Assembly: GCA_963769415.1 (NCBI GenBank)
Contig: CAVYLM010000002.1
Coordinates: forward strand, 33,625 to 97,624
Origin: an uncultured Acidobacteriota bacterium
Lineage (GTDB): Bacteria; Acidobacteriota; Terriglobia; Acidiferrales; UBA7541
Direction: 5' to 3'
DNA: 64,000 bases
Position 1 is the stretch's first letter; each line of letters begins with the position of its first letter. The notes beneath the pieces were generated by a model. It saw nothing but the letters and a program-made list of their open reading frames with translations. It was not told the DNA's origin and searched no databases. Below, piece after piece: positions 45,568 through 54,015 of the stretch. The translations under genes and the position numbers were made by a program.

Positions 45568-46653
45568 TTGACCAGAATGGCATCTGCGGCCTCACTGAAG
45601 CCTGAGCTTCCCATCAATCAGGCCGAGCTTCCCCCGGACCATATCTATTTCGGTCCCTCGGAGGCCATGCAGGCAGTCCGGCACAAGGTCGAGCGGGCCG
45701 CCGGCCTCAACGTGCCCATCCTCATTCTGGGCGAGAGCGGCACCGGCAAGGAAGTCCTGGCGAATTTTATCCACAAGTCTTCTCCCTGGCGCGGCGGCCC
45801 GTTTGTGAAGGTCAATTGTCCGGCGATCCCGGGCACGCTGATCGAAAGCGAGCTTTTCGGATTTCAGAAGGGCGCCTTCACCGGCGCAAACGCCAATAAG
45901 CCCGGTCGCATGGAGCTGGCGCAGGGCGGCACGCTCTTCATGGACGAAATCGCGGAGCTCGACGCGAGCTTGCAGGCGAAGCTTCTCCACGTGCTTCAGG
46001 ACGGCCACTTCACGCGCATCGGCGATCACGAAGAGCGCCGCATGGACGCGCGCATCATCTGCGCGACCAACCGCCACCTCGCCCGCGAAATCGAAAGCGG
46101 CGGTTTCCGCGCCGATCTTTTCTACCGCATCAACGTGATCAGCATCACGCTTCCGTCGCTGCGCGAACGCCGCGATGATATTCCGTACCTCGTCGAATAT
46201 CTCCGCCTGCAATTCAACCGGCGCTTCCAGCGCGACGCCGCGCCGCTGTCAAAAGAAACGGTGCACCTGCTCCAGCAGCGCGAATGGCCGGGCAACGTGC
46301 GCGAACTCGAAAATTGCCTGGCGCGCTACGTCGTCCTCGGCTCCGAAGACACTTTTTATTCCGAGCGCCCCGAACAAGCGCCCGTGCATTTCACCTACGA
46401 GACCACCGAAGACGGCAATATCCCGCTCAAGCGCATCGCGCAGCAGGTTACGCGCCGGATGGAGCGCGACGTAATCCTGAAAGTCCTGCAAGCCAATCAC
46501 TGGAATCGCCGTCGCACCGCCGAAGTGCTGAAAATCAGCTATCGCGCGCTGCTCTATAAAGTGCGCCAGGCCGGGCTTCCCGCCAAGCGCCCGCGCCGCA
46601 ACAAAGACGCCGGCTCCGCGTTCGCTCCGGAATCATCCGCGCAAGGCGATTAA
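45568..46653 (+). CDS. Sigma-54 enhancer-binding protein without a receiver domain (AAA+ plus Fis HTH)
   Basis: 361 aa. ILGESGTGKEVLA, ESELFGFQKGAFTGA, RELENCL, and C-terminal AEVLKISYRALLYKV. The start is uncertain (TTG 45568 or ATG 45577). Confidence 0.88.
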   Translation: MTRMASAASLKPELPINQAELPPDHIYFGPSEAMQAVRHKVERAAGLNVPILILGESGTGKEVLANFIHKSSPWRGGPFVKVNCPAIPGTLIESELFGFQKGAFTGANANKPGRMELAQGGTLFMDEIAELDASLQAKLLHVLQDGHFTRIGDHEERRMDARIICATNRHLAREIESGGFRADLFYRINVISITLPSLRERRDDIPYLVEYLRLQFNRRFQRDAAPLSKETVHLLQQREWPGNVRELENCLARYVVLGSEDTFYSERPEQAPVHFTYETTEDGNIPLKRIAQQVTRRMERDVILKVLQANHWNRRRTAEVLKISYRALLYKVRQAGLPAKRPRRNKDAGSAFAPESSAQGD

Positions 46654-46788
46654 CGCTTCCGGTAACGCTCACAATTGGTTCTCCATCGGCGTAGTACTAT
46701 CTAGGTTCGCGCCCGTGTCTGGCAAGAAATCGTGCGAGTTCTCCGTGTTGCCGGGACACATCAATTCGGCTAGCCTAAATTCAACAAG

Positions 46789-47475
46789 ATGGCCGCTAAC
46801 GCTAAATCGAACGGAAAGCAAAGCCTGAGAGTCTGCCTTCTCTCGCCGCATCCGATGGTGCTGAACGAGTTCCATCGCCTGCTCGAGGACTCCGGCTTCC
46901 AGATCACGTCCAAGCAGCTGGATTCGATGCTCGCCCCGGACCTGCGCAATCTGGATGTCCCCAAGGCTTCCGTTTACGTTGTCGACGCCCACGCCGCAAA
47001 GCAGGCGACGGGCGCGCTGCTCAGCAACATCCTCGACCGCTTCACCGGCGCCCGTCTTCTCGTCGTCGGGGACAATCTCAAGGAGGCCGACAGTTTCGCC
47101 CTGCTTCGCCAGGGCGCCAAAGGCATCCTGACCTACGCCGAGGCCCGCGAGCAGCTGCCCCGCGCGCTGCCGCAAGTCGCCAGCGGCGGCATCTGGGTCT
47201 CGCGCCCCGTGCTTTCGCGCTTCGTCGATTCGATTCTCGGGACGTCCGCCGGCCGCCGCCTGCGCGTCGATTCGCCCAACGAGCTGAGCCGCCGCGAGCA
47301 GGAGGTTTTAACCGGCTTGCTCGAAAACCTGGCGAACAAGGAAGTCGCCGAGCGCCTGCACATTTCCGAGCGCACCGTGAAATTCCACGTCTCAAACCTG
47401 CTTGCGAAATTCGGCGTGCGCCGCCGCGCCGACCTGATACTGCTCTGCTATCAACGCCGCGGCGTCGGCGCGTAG
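46789..47475 (+). CDS. LuxR-family regulator with receiver-like N-terminal domain
   Basis: 228 aa. VCLLSPHPMVL..VYVVDAH. C-terminal LSRREQEVLTGLLENLANKEVAERLHISERTVKFHVSNLLAKFG. Confidence 0.82.
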   Translation: MAANAKSNGKQSLRVCLLSPHPMVLNEFHRLLEDSGFQITSKQLDSMLAPDLRNLDVPKASVYVVDAHAAKQATGALLSNILDRFTGARLLVVGDNLKEADSFALLRQGAKGILTYAEAREQLPRALPQVASGGIWVSRPVLSRFVDSILGTSAGRRLRVDSPNELSRREQEVLTGLLENLANKEVAERLHISERTVKFHVSNLLAKFGVRRRADLILLCYQRRGVGA

Positions 47476-47841
47476 GCCGCCCTCGAATTCGTTGCCGTAG
47501 AACCTCCCCAGAAAATCGTACGAATCAGAGCGACAATCGTTCAGAATGCGCAATCAGGCGCCGATTTTTGAGGTCTCCGATCCCGCATTCTGAACGCTTT
47601 TTCGCTCAAAAAGCCCGCCGGCTTCGGCGGCAGGAGCACGCGAACCGCTGCCATCCCCAACTCCGTTGCGCGCATGGGCAGCGCGCACGCGGATGAAGGT
47701 AGCATGGCGCGATGTGGATGTCAGCTGGCCGAGAGCTTAGAAGAAGTACAGCTGTACTTTTTGCGCGGAAGAGAGGACGTCCTCTGAGTTTGCCGTAGAC
47801 TGCTAAGGAAGTCGTCAACGCCATCGAGGTGCGCAGCGCCG

Positions 47842-47958
47842 CCTCGCGCACCCTTCACGGACGGCGTGAGGGGCTGCGGCACCCTCAAAGATAAGCCGAG
47901 ATCTCAATGAAGGCGGGTGTGACGGGCTCAGTCGAGCCGTAAAGGTGTGCCACCCGCC
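47842..47958 (+). repeat. RAYT-island repeat family RA, copy 1
   Basis: cctcgcgcacccttcac..ggctgcggcaccctcaaagataagccgagatctcaatgaaggcgggtgtgacgggctcagtcgagccgtaaaggtgtgccacccgcc. Direct repeat of 49228-49344 and 51379-51478. Confidence 0.85.
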
Positions 47959-48075
47959 GGATCAGAGGCTTGTTGCTCCCATTTTCTTGACTCAAGCCGC
48001 GAGCTTACGGCACACTTCTTTTTTTGCAAGAATGAAATTCAGAGAGTTTCTTCACAGCTTCACACCGAGCGCGGG
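47959..48075 (-). mobile_element. Decayed remnant of the 5' end of an IS1182/IS5-type element
   Basis: ~80% identical by eye to 49603-49720 (transposase start region plus upstream). The start codon is mutated (caa instead of cat on the plus strand). Confidence 0.6.
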
Positions 48076-48180
48076 GCACCCGTAAAACCTAATTCGCACG
48101 TGGGCCACCCGCCTGCCCGCCCTTCGTTCTTATCGAGGGGCGCCCGCAAAACCGAGCGGCTCGAGCGTGGGCCACGCGCC

Positions 48181-48477
48181 TTACCTGATGCCACGAGTGG
48201 CTGCCCACCTGGCAAGCTGGAACAACCAAGAGAGTAACGCCGCGATGGAGCCATAAAGAGCAGCGTTACCTAAGAGTGTTACTACAACCAAAACAAATCC
48301 GTTTCGCACGAAGTCGGCGAATCCCAGACCATAAAAGGGGCACACGACAAACATAGTTCTATCGACCCATGCGTTCACGTCGACTGAGAATGGCCGCAGC
48401 CAATCGAGGATACCGAACAGTGCGGCCAGCCCGATTCCGATCACGGCGCCGAGTAGGAAAGCTTTCTTGATCGTCAT
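48181..48477 (-). CDS. Small membrane protein, function unknown
   Basis: ATG at 48475-48477. MTIKKAFLLGAVIGIGLAALFGILDW.. with 3 hydrophobic segments. The upstream part of track ORF 48181..48672 is repeat read-through. Confidence 0.55.
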   Translation of the reverse strand: MTIKKAFLLGAVIGIGLAALFGILDWLRPFSVDVNAWVDRTMFVVCPFYGLGFADFVRNGFVLVVVTLLGNAALYGSIAALLSWLFQLARWAATRGIR

Positions 48478-48504
48478 GTCGAGCCTCAATAGGGGAGAAC
48501 CCCA

Positions 48505-48652
48505 GGCGGGTGGCGCACCCTTTCGTTTTACGCTTTTCCATCTGGACACGAAGGCACGGCGGATGATACCACACCAATAGTTGACGACTAAGTTCCCTGA
48601 CCTGAGTGGGTGCCGCACCCTTCCGGGGGTTTGAAGGGTGTGGGGTTTCGGT
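48505..48652 (+). repeat. RAYT-island repeat family RB, copy 1
   Basis: ggcgggtggcgcaccctttcgttt..ccatctggacacgaaggcacggcggatgataccacaccaa..gggtgccgcacccttccgg..ttgaagggtgtggggtttcggt. Contains GGGTG-N3-CACCC hairpins. Confidence 0.85.
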
Positions 48653-48655
48653 TGA

Positions 48656-49255
48656 ATGAAATACCGGCTCAAGCGCTTCTACGGTTTCGGCCACCTGCAC
48701 TTCATCACGTGCAGCTGCTACCGGCGAGAGCCATTGTTGGGAACATATGGGTCGCGCGACCTCTTCCTCAAAATCCTTGACGAAGTCCGGCTGCGGCATG
48801 ACTTCTCGCTGCTGGGTTACGTGGTAATGCCAGAGCACATTCATTTCCTGATCAGCGAACCGAACCTCGGAACTCCCACAACCGTGATGCAGGTGCTCAA
48901 GCAGCGCGTCTCGCGCGCGATGCACGGGCGACGCCGAAGGAAGCGAACGCCGCCGGGACAGGGACGGTTATGGGACGAAGCGCCCGTGACGAAACACCGC
49001 CCATTCTGGCAGCGGCGGTTTTACGACTTCAACGTGTGGAGCTGGAAGAAAAAGAACGAGAAGCTGAATTACATGCATTTCAATCCGGTGAAACGTGGAC
49101 TCGTGAAACATCCCAAGGACTGGAACTGGAGCAGCTACGGATTTTATTCGATGAGGAAAGCGAACCAGTGCCCGCCGAACCCACAGTGGGAGCCGAAACC
49201 AAGATTGCGTGGACAGCGTGAACGTCACCTCGCGCACCCTTCACAAACGGCGTGA
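48656..49255 (+). CDS. REP-associated tyrosine transposase (RAYT; IS200/IS605 Y1 HUH family)
   Basis: 199 aa. YHITxx-like FGHLHFITCSCYRR, HUH motif MPEHIHFLI, and catalytic-Tyr region LNYMHFNPVKRGLV. Confidence 0.85.
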   Translation: MKYRLKRFYGFGHLHFITCSCYRREPLLGTYGSRDLFLKILDEVRLRHDFSLLGYVVMPEHIHFLISEPNLGTPTTVMQVLKQRVSRAMHGRRRRKRTPPGQGRLWDEAPVTKHRPFWQRRFYDFNVWSWKKKNEKLNYMHFNPVKRGLVKHPKDWNWSSYGFYSMRKANQCPPNPQWEPKPRLRGQRERHLAHPSQTA

Positions 49256-49344
49256 AGGGCTGCGGCACCCTCAAAGATAAGCCGAGATCTCTATGAAGGC
49301 GGGTGTGACGGGCTCAGTCGAGCCGTAAAGGTGCGCCACCCGCC
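49228..49344 (+). repeat. RAYT-island repeat family RA, copy 2
   Basis: Near-identical to 47842-47958. It overlaps the last codons of the RAYT gene. Confidence 0.85.
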
Positions 49345-49644
49345 TGGGTCGTACTCGCAGCGCCGCGCCACTTCCCGCGCCGAGCCAATCCCCCGGCTGT
49401 AGGCGTACACCCACAAACTGATCAGCAATTGCGGATCAAACGCCGGCCGTCCCCCTTCCTCCGCGCTGCTCTCGATCGCTCGATAAAATGGACTCAGGTC
49501 CAAGCGCCCAACCAGTCCCCAGATGGCCCGCGCCGGATGGTCGTCGCCGATCAGTTTCTCCACATCCACCGCGCGCCAGCTCATCTGCTGCCGGTTCACG
49601 TAGCGGATCAACGGCTGCTTGCTGCTCGTATTTTCTTCGCTCAT
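49345..49644 (-). pseudogene. N-terminal fragment (~100 aa) of an IS1182/IS5-family transposase (DUF772-type N-terminus)
   Basis: MSEENTSSKQPLIRYVNRQQMSWRAVDVEKLIGDDHPARAIWGLVGRLDLSPFYRAIESSAEEGGRPAFDPQLLISLWVYAYSRGIGSAREVARRCEYDPG. It is truncated exactly where repeat RA copy 2 begins, and the track ORF tail is read-through into the repeat. Confidence 0.75.
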
Positions 49645-49710
49645 GCCGCGAGCTTACGGCAGACTTCTCATTTGGCAAAACGGAAATTCAGGAGGTTTCT
49701 TCACAGCTTC

Positions 49711-49832
49711 ACCCGGAAGGGTGCGGCACCCACTCAGGTCGGGGAACTAAGTCGTCAACTATTGGTGTGGGATCATCCGCCGTGCCTTCGTGTCCAGATG
49801 GAAAGGCGCGAAAGAACAGGTGGGGCACCCGG
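49711..49832 (-). repeat. RAYT-island repeat family RB, copy 2 (inverted, partial)
   Basis: cccggaagggtgcggcacccactcaggtcggggaactaagtcgtcaactattggtgtgggatcatccgccgtgccttcgtgtccagatggaaagg.. is the reverse complement of the RB core. Confidence 0.8.
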
Positions 49833-49938
49833 CAAGGTGTTCTCGAAATCTATCGCGCAGTCTTCGGTGCAGATTACATTGTGGGAAGGCCCAACACTCG
49901 CGTTCGATCCAATCGTTGGCGATGGCGAGGGGGTTAAT

Positions 49939-50910
49939 CTATTGCTTCAGGGTAGACGCCCACTCGTGAAGGCGTGCCACCGTTTGTGGTGCGATCAATT
50001 GCACGTAGATTACGCCGTCTGGCTGCAGGGCTTGAGGTTTTGCTAGCCCCGGATGCCAGTAGTTGATCCCTGACTCCACCGCATTCGCTGACCCCACTCC
50101 GAACTTGGACAAGTAAACGACCTCACCCGAATCCGAGACAGAGACTGACGCCGAGCCCAGGTCATCTGTGCTCAATTCTGTCGTGCAGCTTGGCGAGCCG
50201 ACGAATTCTGCAACGCACAGTTGAAGCGTTTTGTTCTTGTCCGTCGTCGCGGGTTCAAAGTACGCGATATACCCACCTCCGGGGCTGACGCCGAAATCGG
50301 TTCCAGCGTTCAACGCCACTTGTATGGTGCGAGCTACAGCACCATCTGCTTTAACGACCAGATCCGCCAGCAAATCTGAACCGCCTGGTGCGAACCCTTT
50401 TTCCATCCAGCCCGCGACAACGCGACGATCGCTGCTGCACTGGAACACTTGATTCGGTGGGTATGTGAGGGGCTTGTCCGTGAAGACGTCCGTTGCCTCC
50501 GAGTTTCCAGGCAGGCGTTCGAGAATTGTTCCGCACGTAGCAATCAGAGGAACAGCCCCCGGTTCTGCAACGGGCGCTTTCCTTTTCGTGACAAAGCCCG
50601 GGGCCAGCGAGACGACCATCAGAGCTCCGGGCTTTGGTTCTGGTACGTTGGGAGATCCATTAAGGAAATAAGCGAGGTGAGATCCATCGGTCGAGACAGC
50701 GAAGAAATAGACTTTGAAAGGAGTTCGAACGCGTTCGCGGTTTCCGTGACAGACCGTCCAAATCTGCTCGTTTCCGCTCAAAAACGCATAACAGGGTCCT
50801 TCAGTATCTGCTGACCGAGCAGGCGCTTGCTTCAGGGCACCCTGCACTAATGGGACGGCTCTCGCCACTAGCGCCACAAATGTAAATACAAGCAGCAGCT
50901 TTACGCGCAA
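49939..50910 (-). CDS. Secreted hypothetical protein (possibly beta-propeller-like)
   Basis: 323 aa. TTG start 5 nt after GGAGGA. Signal peptide MRVKLLLVFTFVALVARA. Recurrent DGSHLAYF / GGGYIAYF / SGEVVYL strands. Lower GC3 than the surrounding genes. Confidence 0.65.
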   Translation of the reverse strand: MRVKLLLVFTFVALVARAVPLVQGALKQAPARSADTEGPCYAFLSGNEQIWTVCHGNRERVRTPFKVYFFAVSTDGSHLAYFLNGSPNVPEPKPGALMVVSLAPGFVTKRKAPVAEPGAVPLIATCGTILERLPGNSEATDVFTDKPLTYPPNQVFQCSSDRRVVAGWMEKGFAPGGSDLLADLVVKADGAVARTIQVALNAGTDFGVSPGGGYIAYFEPATTDKNKTLQLCVAEFVGSPSCTTELSTDDLGSASVSVSDSGEVVYLSKFGVGSANAVESGINYWHPGLAKPQALQPDGVIYVQLIAPQTVARLHEWASTLKQ

Positions 50911-50935
50911 GTCGTTCCTCCAGGAAGCGACGGCC

Positions 50936-51205
50936 CTACGCCGAAATGCCTCGACGAACTATGACCACCAAGCCGTCATGTCCAAAATCTACCATCAAAG
51001 ACGCGATGCGCCTGGCTGCCAAGCAGGTTTCCTCAACTGTTTGCACCGCAACTCCATATGGTTGACCATTATCGGACTGGCAGGTGTAGTGCGCTCGTAG
51101 AAAAACGACTTCCAAGCGGGACGGTTGATCACCAGGTCTGCTAAGTAAGGCATCCACCCCACCGCCATCGCCGCCGCCATCGCCTCCATTGCCACCGCCA
51201 TCCAT
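50936..51205 (-). CDS. Hypothetical small protein with Gly-rich N-terminus
   Basis: Part of track ORF 50936..51268. It sits 25 nt upstream of the 323-aa gene. The start is uncertain and the N-terminal portion merges into repeat RB copy 3. Confidence 0.3.
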   Translation of the reverse strand: MDGGGNGGDGGGDGGGVDALLSRPGDQPSRLEVVFLRAHYTCQSDNGQPYGVAVQTVEETCLAARRIASLMVDFGHDGLVVIVRRGISA

Positions 51206-51223
51206 TCCCCCGCCCCCGCCGTC

Positions 51224-51370
51224 GGCGGGTGGCGCACCCTTTCGTTTCACGCTTTTCCATCTGGACACGAAGGCACGGCGGATGATACCACACCAACAGT
51301 TAACGACTTAGTTCCCCGACCTAGGTGGGTGCCGCACCCTTCCGGGGTTTGAAGGGTGTGGGGTTTCGGT
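51224..51370 (+). repeat. RAYT-island repeat family RB, copy 3
   Basis: Near-identical to 48505-48652. It is followed after 8 nt by RA copy 3, with no intervening gene. Confidence 0.85.
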
Positions 51371-51378
51371 CAATGCTT

Positions 51379-51478
51379 CCTCGCGCACCCTTCACAGACC
51401 GCCTGAAGGGCTGCGGCACCCTCAAAGCTGAGTCGAGATCTCAATGAAGGCGGGTGTGACAGGCTCAGTCGAGCCGTT
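51379..51478 (+). repeat. RAYT-island repeat family RA, copy 3
   Basis: cctcgcgcacccttcacagaccgcctgaagggctgcggcaccctcaaagctgagtcgagatctcaatgaaggcgggtgtgacaggctcagtcgagccgt. Confidence 0.85.
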
Positions 51479-51763
51479 AATGGCACGATATTTGTCTGAG
51501 ACCGGCGAGAAGCAGATCCCTCGCCGGCCATGAGAACGGCCTCCGTCGGGATGACAACCGTGCCCGCCTGAAAGGCAGGCGCTACGAAAGCAAATGCACG
51601 AGAGCCGGCGAGACGCCGGCGCTACATAGGCAACAGCAGGTCCCTCACGCGTCCGCCGATGCGGCGGACGGATTCGGGATGACAGCGGCGGGGCGGGGGG
51701 GCGAGAGCAAGGGGGAAGAGAGATCCTTCGGCTACGCTCAGGATGACACCGTACGACCGAAGC

Positions 51764-51790
51764 GGGCGCAGCAAGCAGCGCCCCTACGAG
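51764..51790 (+). repeat. Hairpin-CCCCTAC repeat (family B)
   Basis: gggcgcagcaagcagcgcccctacgag. Shorter GGCGCTACGA variants flank it at ~51578, ~51628 and ~51828. Confidence 0.8.
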
Positions 51791-51832
51791 GCCGGAGAAG
51801 GCGACGGCGAAAGAGCCGGCGAGACGCCGGCG

Positions 51833-52420
51833 CTACGAGTTCTTCTTCAGATCGGCGAGGACGAGCTTGGCGACTTCCTTCAGCGTGTCGAAGACGCCTT
51901 CGCCTTTGATGGCGACGGCTTCGAGGACGGGTTCGCCCTTCACGCAAAGCTGCTTCTTCAACTCTTCCACGGGGAGGATATTCGGCAGGTCGCGCTTGTT
52001 GAGCTGCAGCACGTAGGGAATGGCGTTGAAGTCGAGGTTGTGATCCTTGAGGTGCTCGCGCAGGTTGTCGAGCGTTTCCAGGTTCGCGTCGAGCCGTTCC
52101 TCCTGGGAATCGGCCACGAACACCACGCCGTCGGCGCCTTTCAAGATCAGGCGGCGGCTCGCTTCGTAAAACACCTGGCCGGGCACGGTGTAGAGATGAA
52201 AGCGGGTCTTGAATCCGCGCACGGTGCCGAGGTCGAGCGGAAGAAAATCGAAGAAAAGCGTGCGGTCGGTCTCGGTGGCCAGCGAGACCATTTTGCCCTT
52301 CTGGCTGGTGCCGGTGTGCTCGTAAATCCACTGCAAATTCGCGGTTTTTCCGCCCAAACCCGGGCCATAGTACACGAGCTTGCAGTTAATTTCGCGAGCA
52401 GGAAAATTAATAAAGGGCAC
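51833..52420 (-). CDS. mglA: Ras-like GTPase MglA (motility/polarity regulator)
   Basis: GTG at 52418-52420 follows [94 protein letters not shown] is collinear with Myxococcus MglA as I remember it. Confidence 0.9.
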   Translation of the reverse strand: MPFINFPAREINCKLVYYGPGLGGKTANLQWIYEHTGTSQKGKMVSLATETDRTLFFDFLPLDLGTVRGFKTRFHLYTVPGQVFYEASRRLILKGADGVVFVADSQEERLDANLETLDNLREHLKDHNLDFNAIPYVLQLNKRDLPNILPVEELKKQLCVKGEPVLEAVAIKGEGVFDTLKEVAKLVLADLKKNS

Positions 52421-52729
52421 AATTTCCTCAGGTTGCGGCAGCCTATTACTTATAGCATAGGCCCCGGCGTCCGCAATCGCCCAGGGGCGAAAGTGCTTCG
52501 CAATTGACAATGCGCGGCTGCTGAGCCGGGCTTTGTCAGGTTCGGTCAGGCTCGATTCGGTTTCGGGAGTTCCACTGCTAGGACATGAAATGTACTATCG
52601 GTCGGCCGCGATGTAAACACCCTGTTTACATGGTCTTGCAATGAGCCGCCGCTCGGGGCCAGGGCTAAAGCCCGTTCCCCGCTAGCATCCATTGTTCGTG
52701 GGCCTTAAGGCCCACGCTTTCACCGAAAA

Positions 52730-53113
52730 TCATGCACTCGGAGGCTCTTTCAGTTCCGTGCTAATGAGCAGAATTTCATTCGAGCCGATGTTTTCGACCG
52801 AATGCGGCGGCAGCGGCGGCGTCCACTGCGCCAGCGGCTTCGTTGGCGGAGGCCCCATCGTCCGGCTGTCGAAAATGAGGTTGCCGTTCTGGTCGCGGCG
52901 CAGGAAGTCGCTCTGCCTGGCGACGTAGATCGAAGCCGACCAGCGGTGCGTGTGCACCGGCACGAGATCGCCGGGCGGGATGCGCACCTCAAGGACGCGC
53001 ACGCGCTCGTTTTCAAACAGCAGCTTGTGATGTCGCGGCGCGGCAATGACCGCGTCGAGTTCAGCGGGCCACGACCAGGCCTGTGCATTTCGAGTCACGG
53101 AACCCTCCGGCAT
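52730..53113 (-). CDS. Cupin-domain protein
   Basis: ATG at 53111-53113. VRVLEVRIPPGDLVPVHTHRW..HSVENIG. Confidence 0.65.
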   Translation of the reverse strand: MPEGSVTRNAQAWSWPAELDAVIAAPRHHKLLFENERVRVLEVRIPPGDLVPVHTHRWSASIYVARQSDFLRRDQNGNLIFDSRTMGPPPTKPLAQWTPPLPPHSVENIGSNEILLISTELKEPPSA

Positions 53114-53144
53114 AAACCGGCAAATTTGACGGAAGTATTCTAAC

Positions 53145-53669
53145 TTACGGGCGCGCCCAGGGAAGGGTCGCGTTGGCGAAGGTGAATTCGCCGCGCAGCA
53201 GATGGTAGACATAAGCGCCGAGGCAGAATTTCCCGAACAGCAGCATCGAAAAAGCGGCCACCAGAAACGCCTCGAAGATTCGCGCGGTCAGCGTCCAGCC
53301 CTGCAGGACCGAAATTCCGGCGATCAACATGAAAGCCGCGGCCATGGCTTGCGCAAAGCGGCGCGGACCGGGCGCCGGAGCGAGCGCGGCTTTACCGCGC
53401 GGCAGAGCCAAGACGCGGTTGTAAAACTGCTCGAAGGGATTGAGCGCGGGAAGAGCGACGTTCCACCACAGAACCGCCGACAGCGCGAAGAACAGCGCCG
53501 CCGCGGGAACGGTGAATCCCGCAGCGTGAAGGATGATGCCGACGACCACGAGCGAACCGACGATGCGCGGCTGAAAATAGAGGCCGGCGAAATGCATGTT
53601 GCAGGCGTCGGGCGCTTCTTCGGCGAAGCCCTGCTGCTTCATGAAATTTCGGATGGTGGCTGAGATCAT
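53145..53669 (-). CDS. DUF4395-like membrane protein
   Basis: 174 aa with 4 hydrophobic segments. PRRFAQAMAAAF.. and C-terminal LLFGKFCLGAYVY. Confidence 0.6.
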   Translation of the reverse strand: MISATIRNFMKQQGFAEEAPDACNMHFAGLYFQPRIVGSLVVVGIILHAAGFTVPAAALFFALSAVLWWNVALPALNPFEQFYNRVLALPRGKAALAPAPGPRRFAQAMAAAFMLIAGISVLQGWTLTARIFEAFLVAAFSMLLFGKFCLGAYVYHLLRGEFTFANATLPWARP

Positions 53670-53887
53670 GGCGTTTTTCTGATTATATCACCGGGGTTCC
53701 GGCAGAGCGGGGCAGTCCAGCCGAGAACAGCGCCAAACGACCTAGCCGCGCAAGACGGTGACCGAGGCGGAGAGTTGGGTGGAGGCGCTGCTTCAGAAAA
53801 ACGCCGGCAGGATGCCGGCGCTACGAAAACCACCCTTCCCGGCGAACCGGGAAGGGCGGTAGACCCTGCGGAACTGCAAATTCAAGA

Positions 53888-53914
53888 GGGCGCAGCAAGC
53901 AGCGCCCCTACGAC
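53888..53914 (+). repeat. Hairpin-CCCCTAC repeat (family B)
   Basis: gggcgcagcaagcagcgcccctacgac. Confidence 0.8.
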
Positions 53915-53950
53915 AAAAGACAAGACCACAACTAGCCAAGTATCCACACC

Positions 53951-53990
53951 GGGCGTAGCCCGCCGCGGCGGGCTACGCCCCTACGAAAAG
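53951..53990 (+). repeat. Hairpin-CCCCTAC repeat (family B)
   Basis: gggcgtagcccgccgcggcgggctacgcccctacgaaaag. Confidence 0.8.
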
Positions 53991-54015
53991 CCGGCGCGAA
54001 CGATCGCGGAAAATG

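Noticed and set aside
46720-46736. Sigma-54-like TGGCAAgaaatcGTGC upstream of the LuxR-RR gene.
   Set aside because: The GG-to-GC spacing is one nucleotide too long and the -12 element is poor.
51679-52331. Track ORFs across 51.5-51.8 kb (for example 51679-51909) and antisense to mglA.
   Set aside because: The first lies entirely in REP-type hairpin mosaics (..RAQQAAPLRG.. is the translated family-B unit). The others are antisense to a clearly identified mglA.
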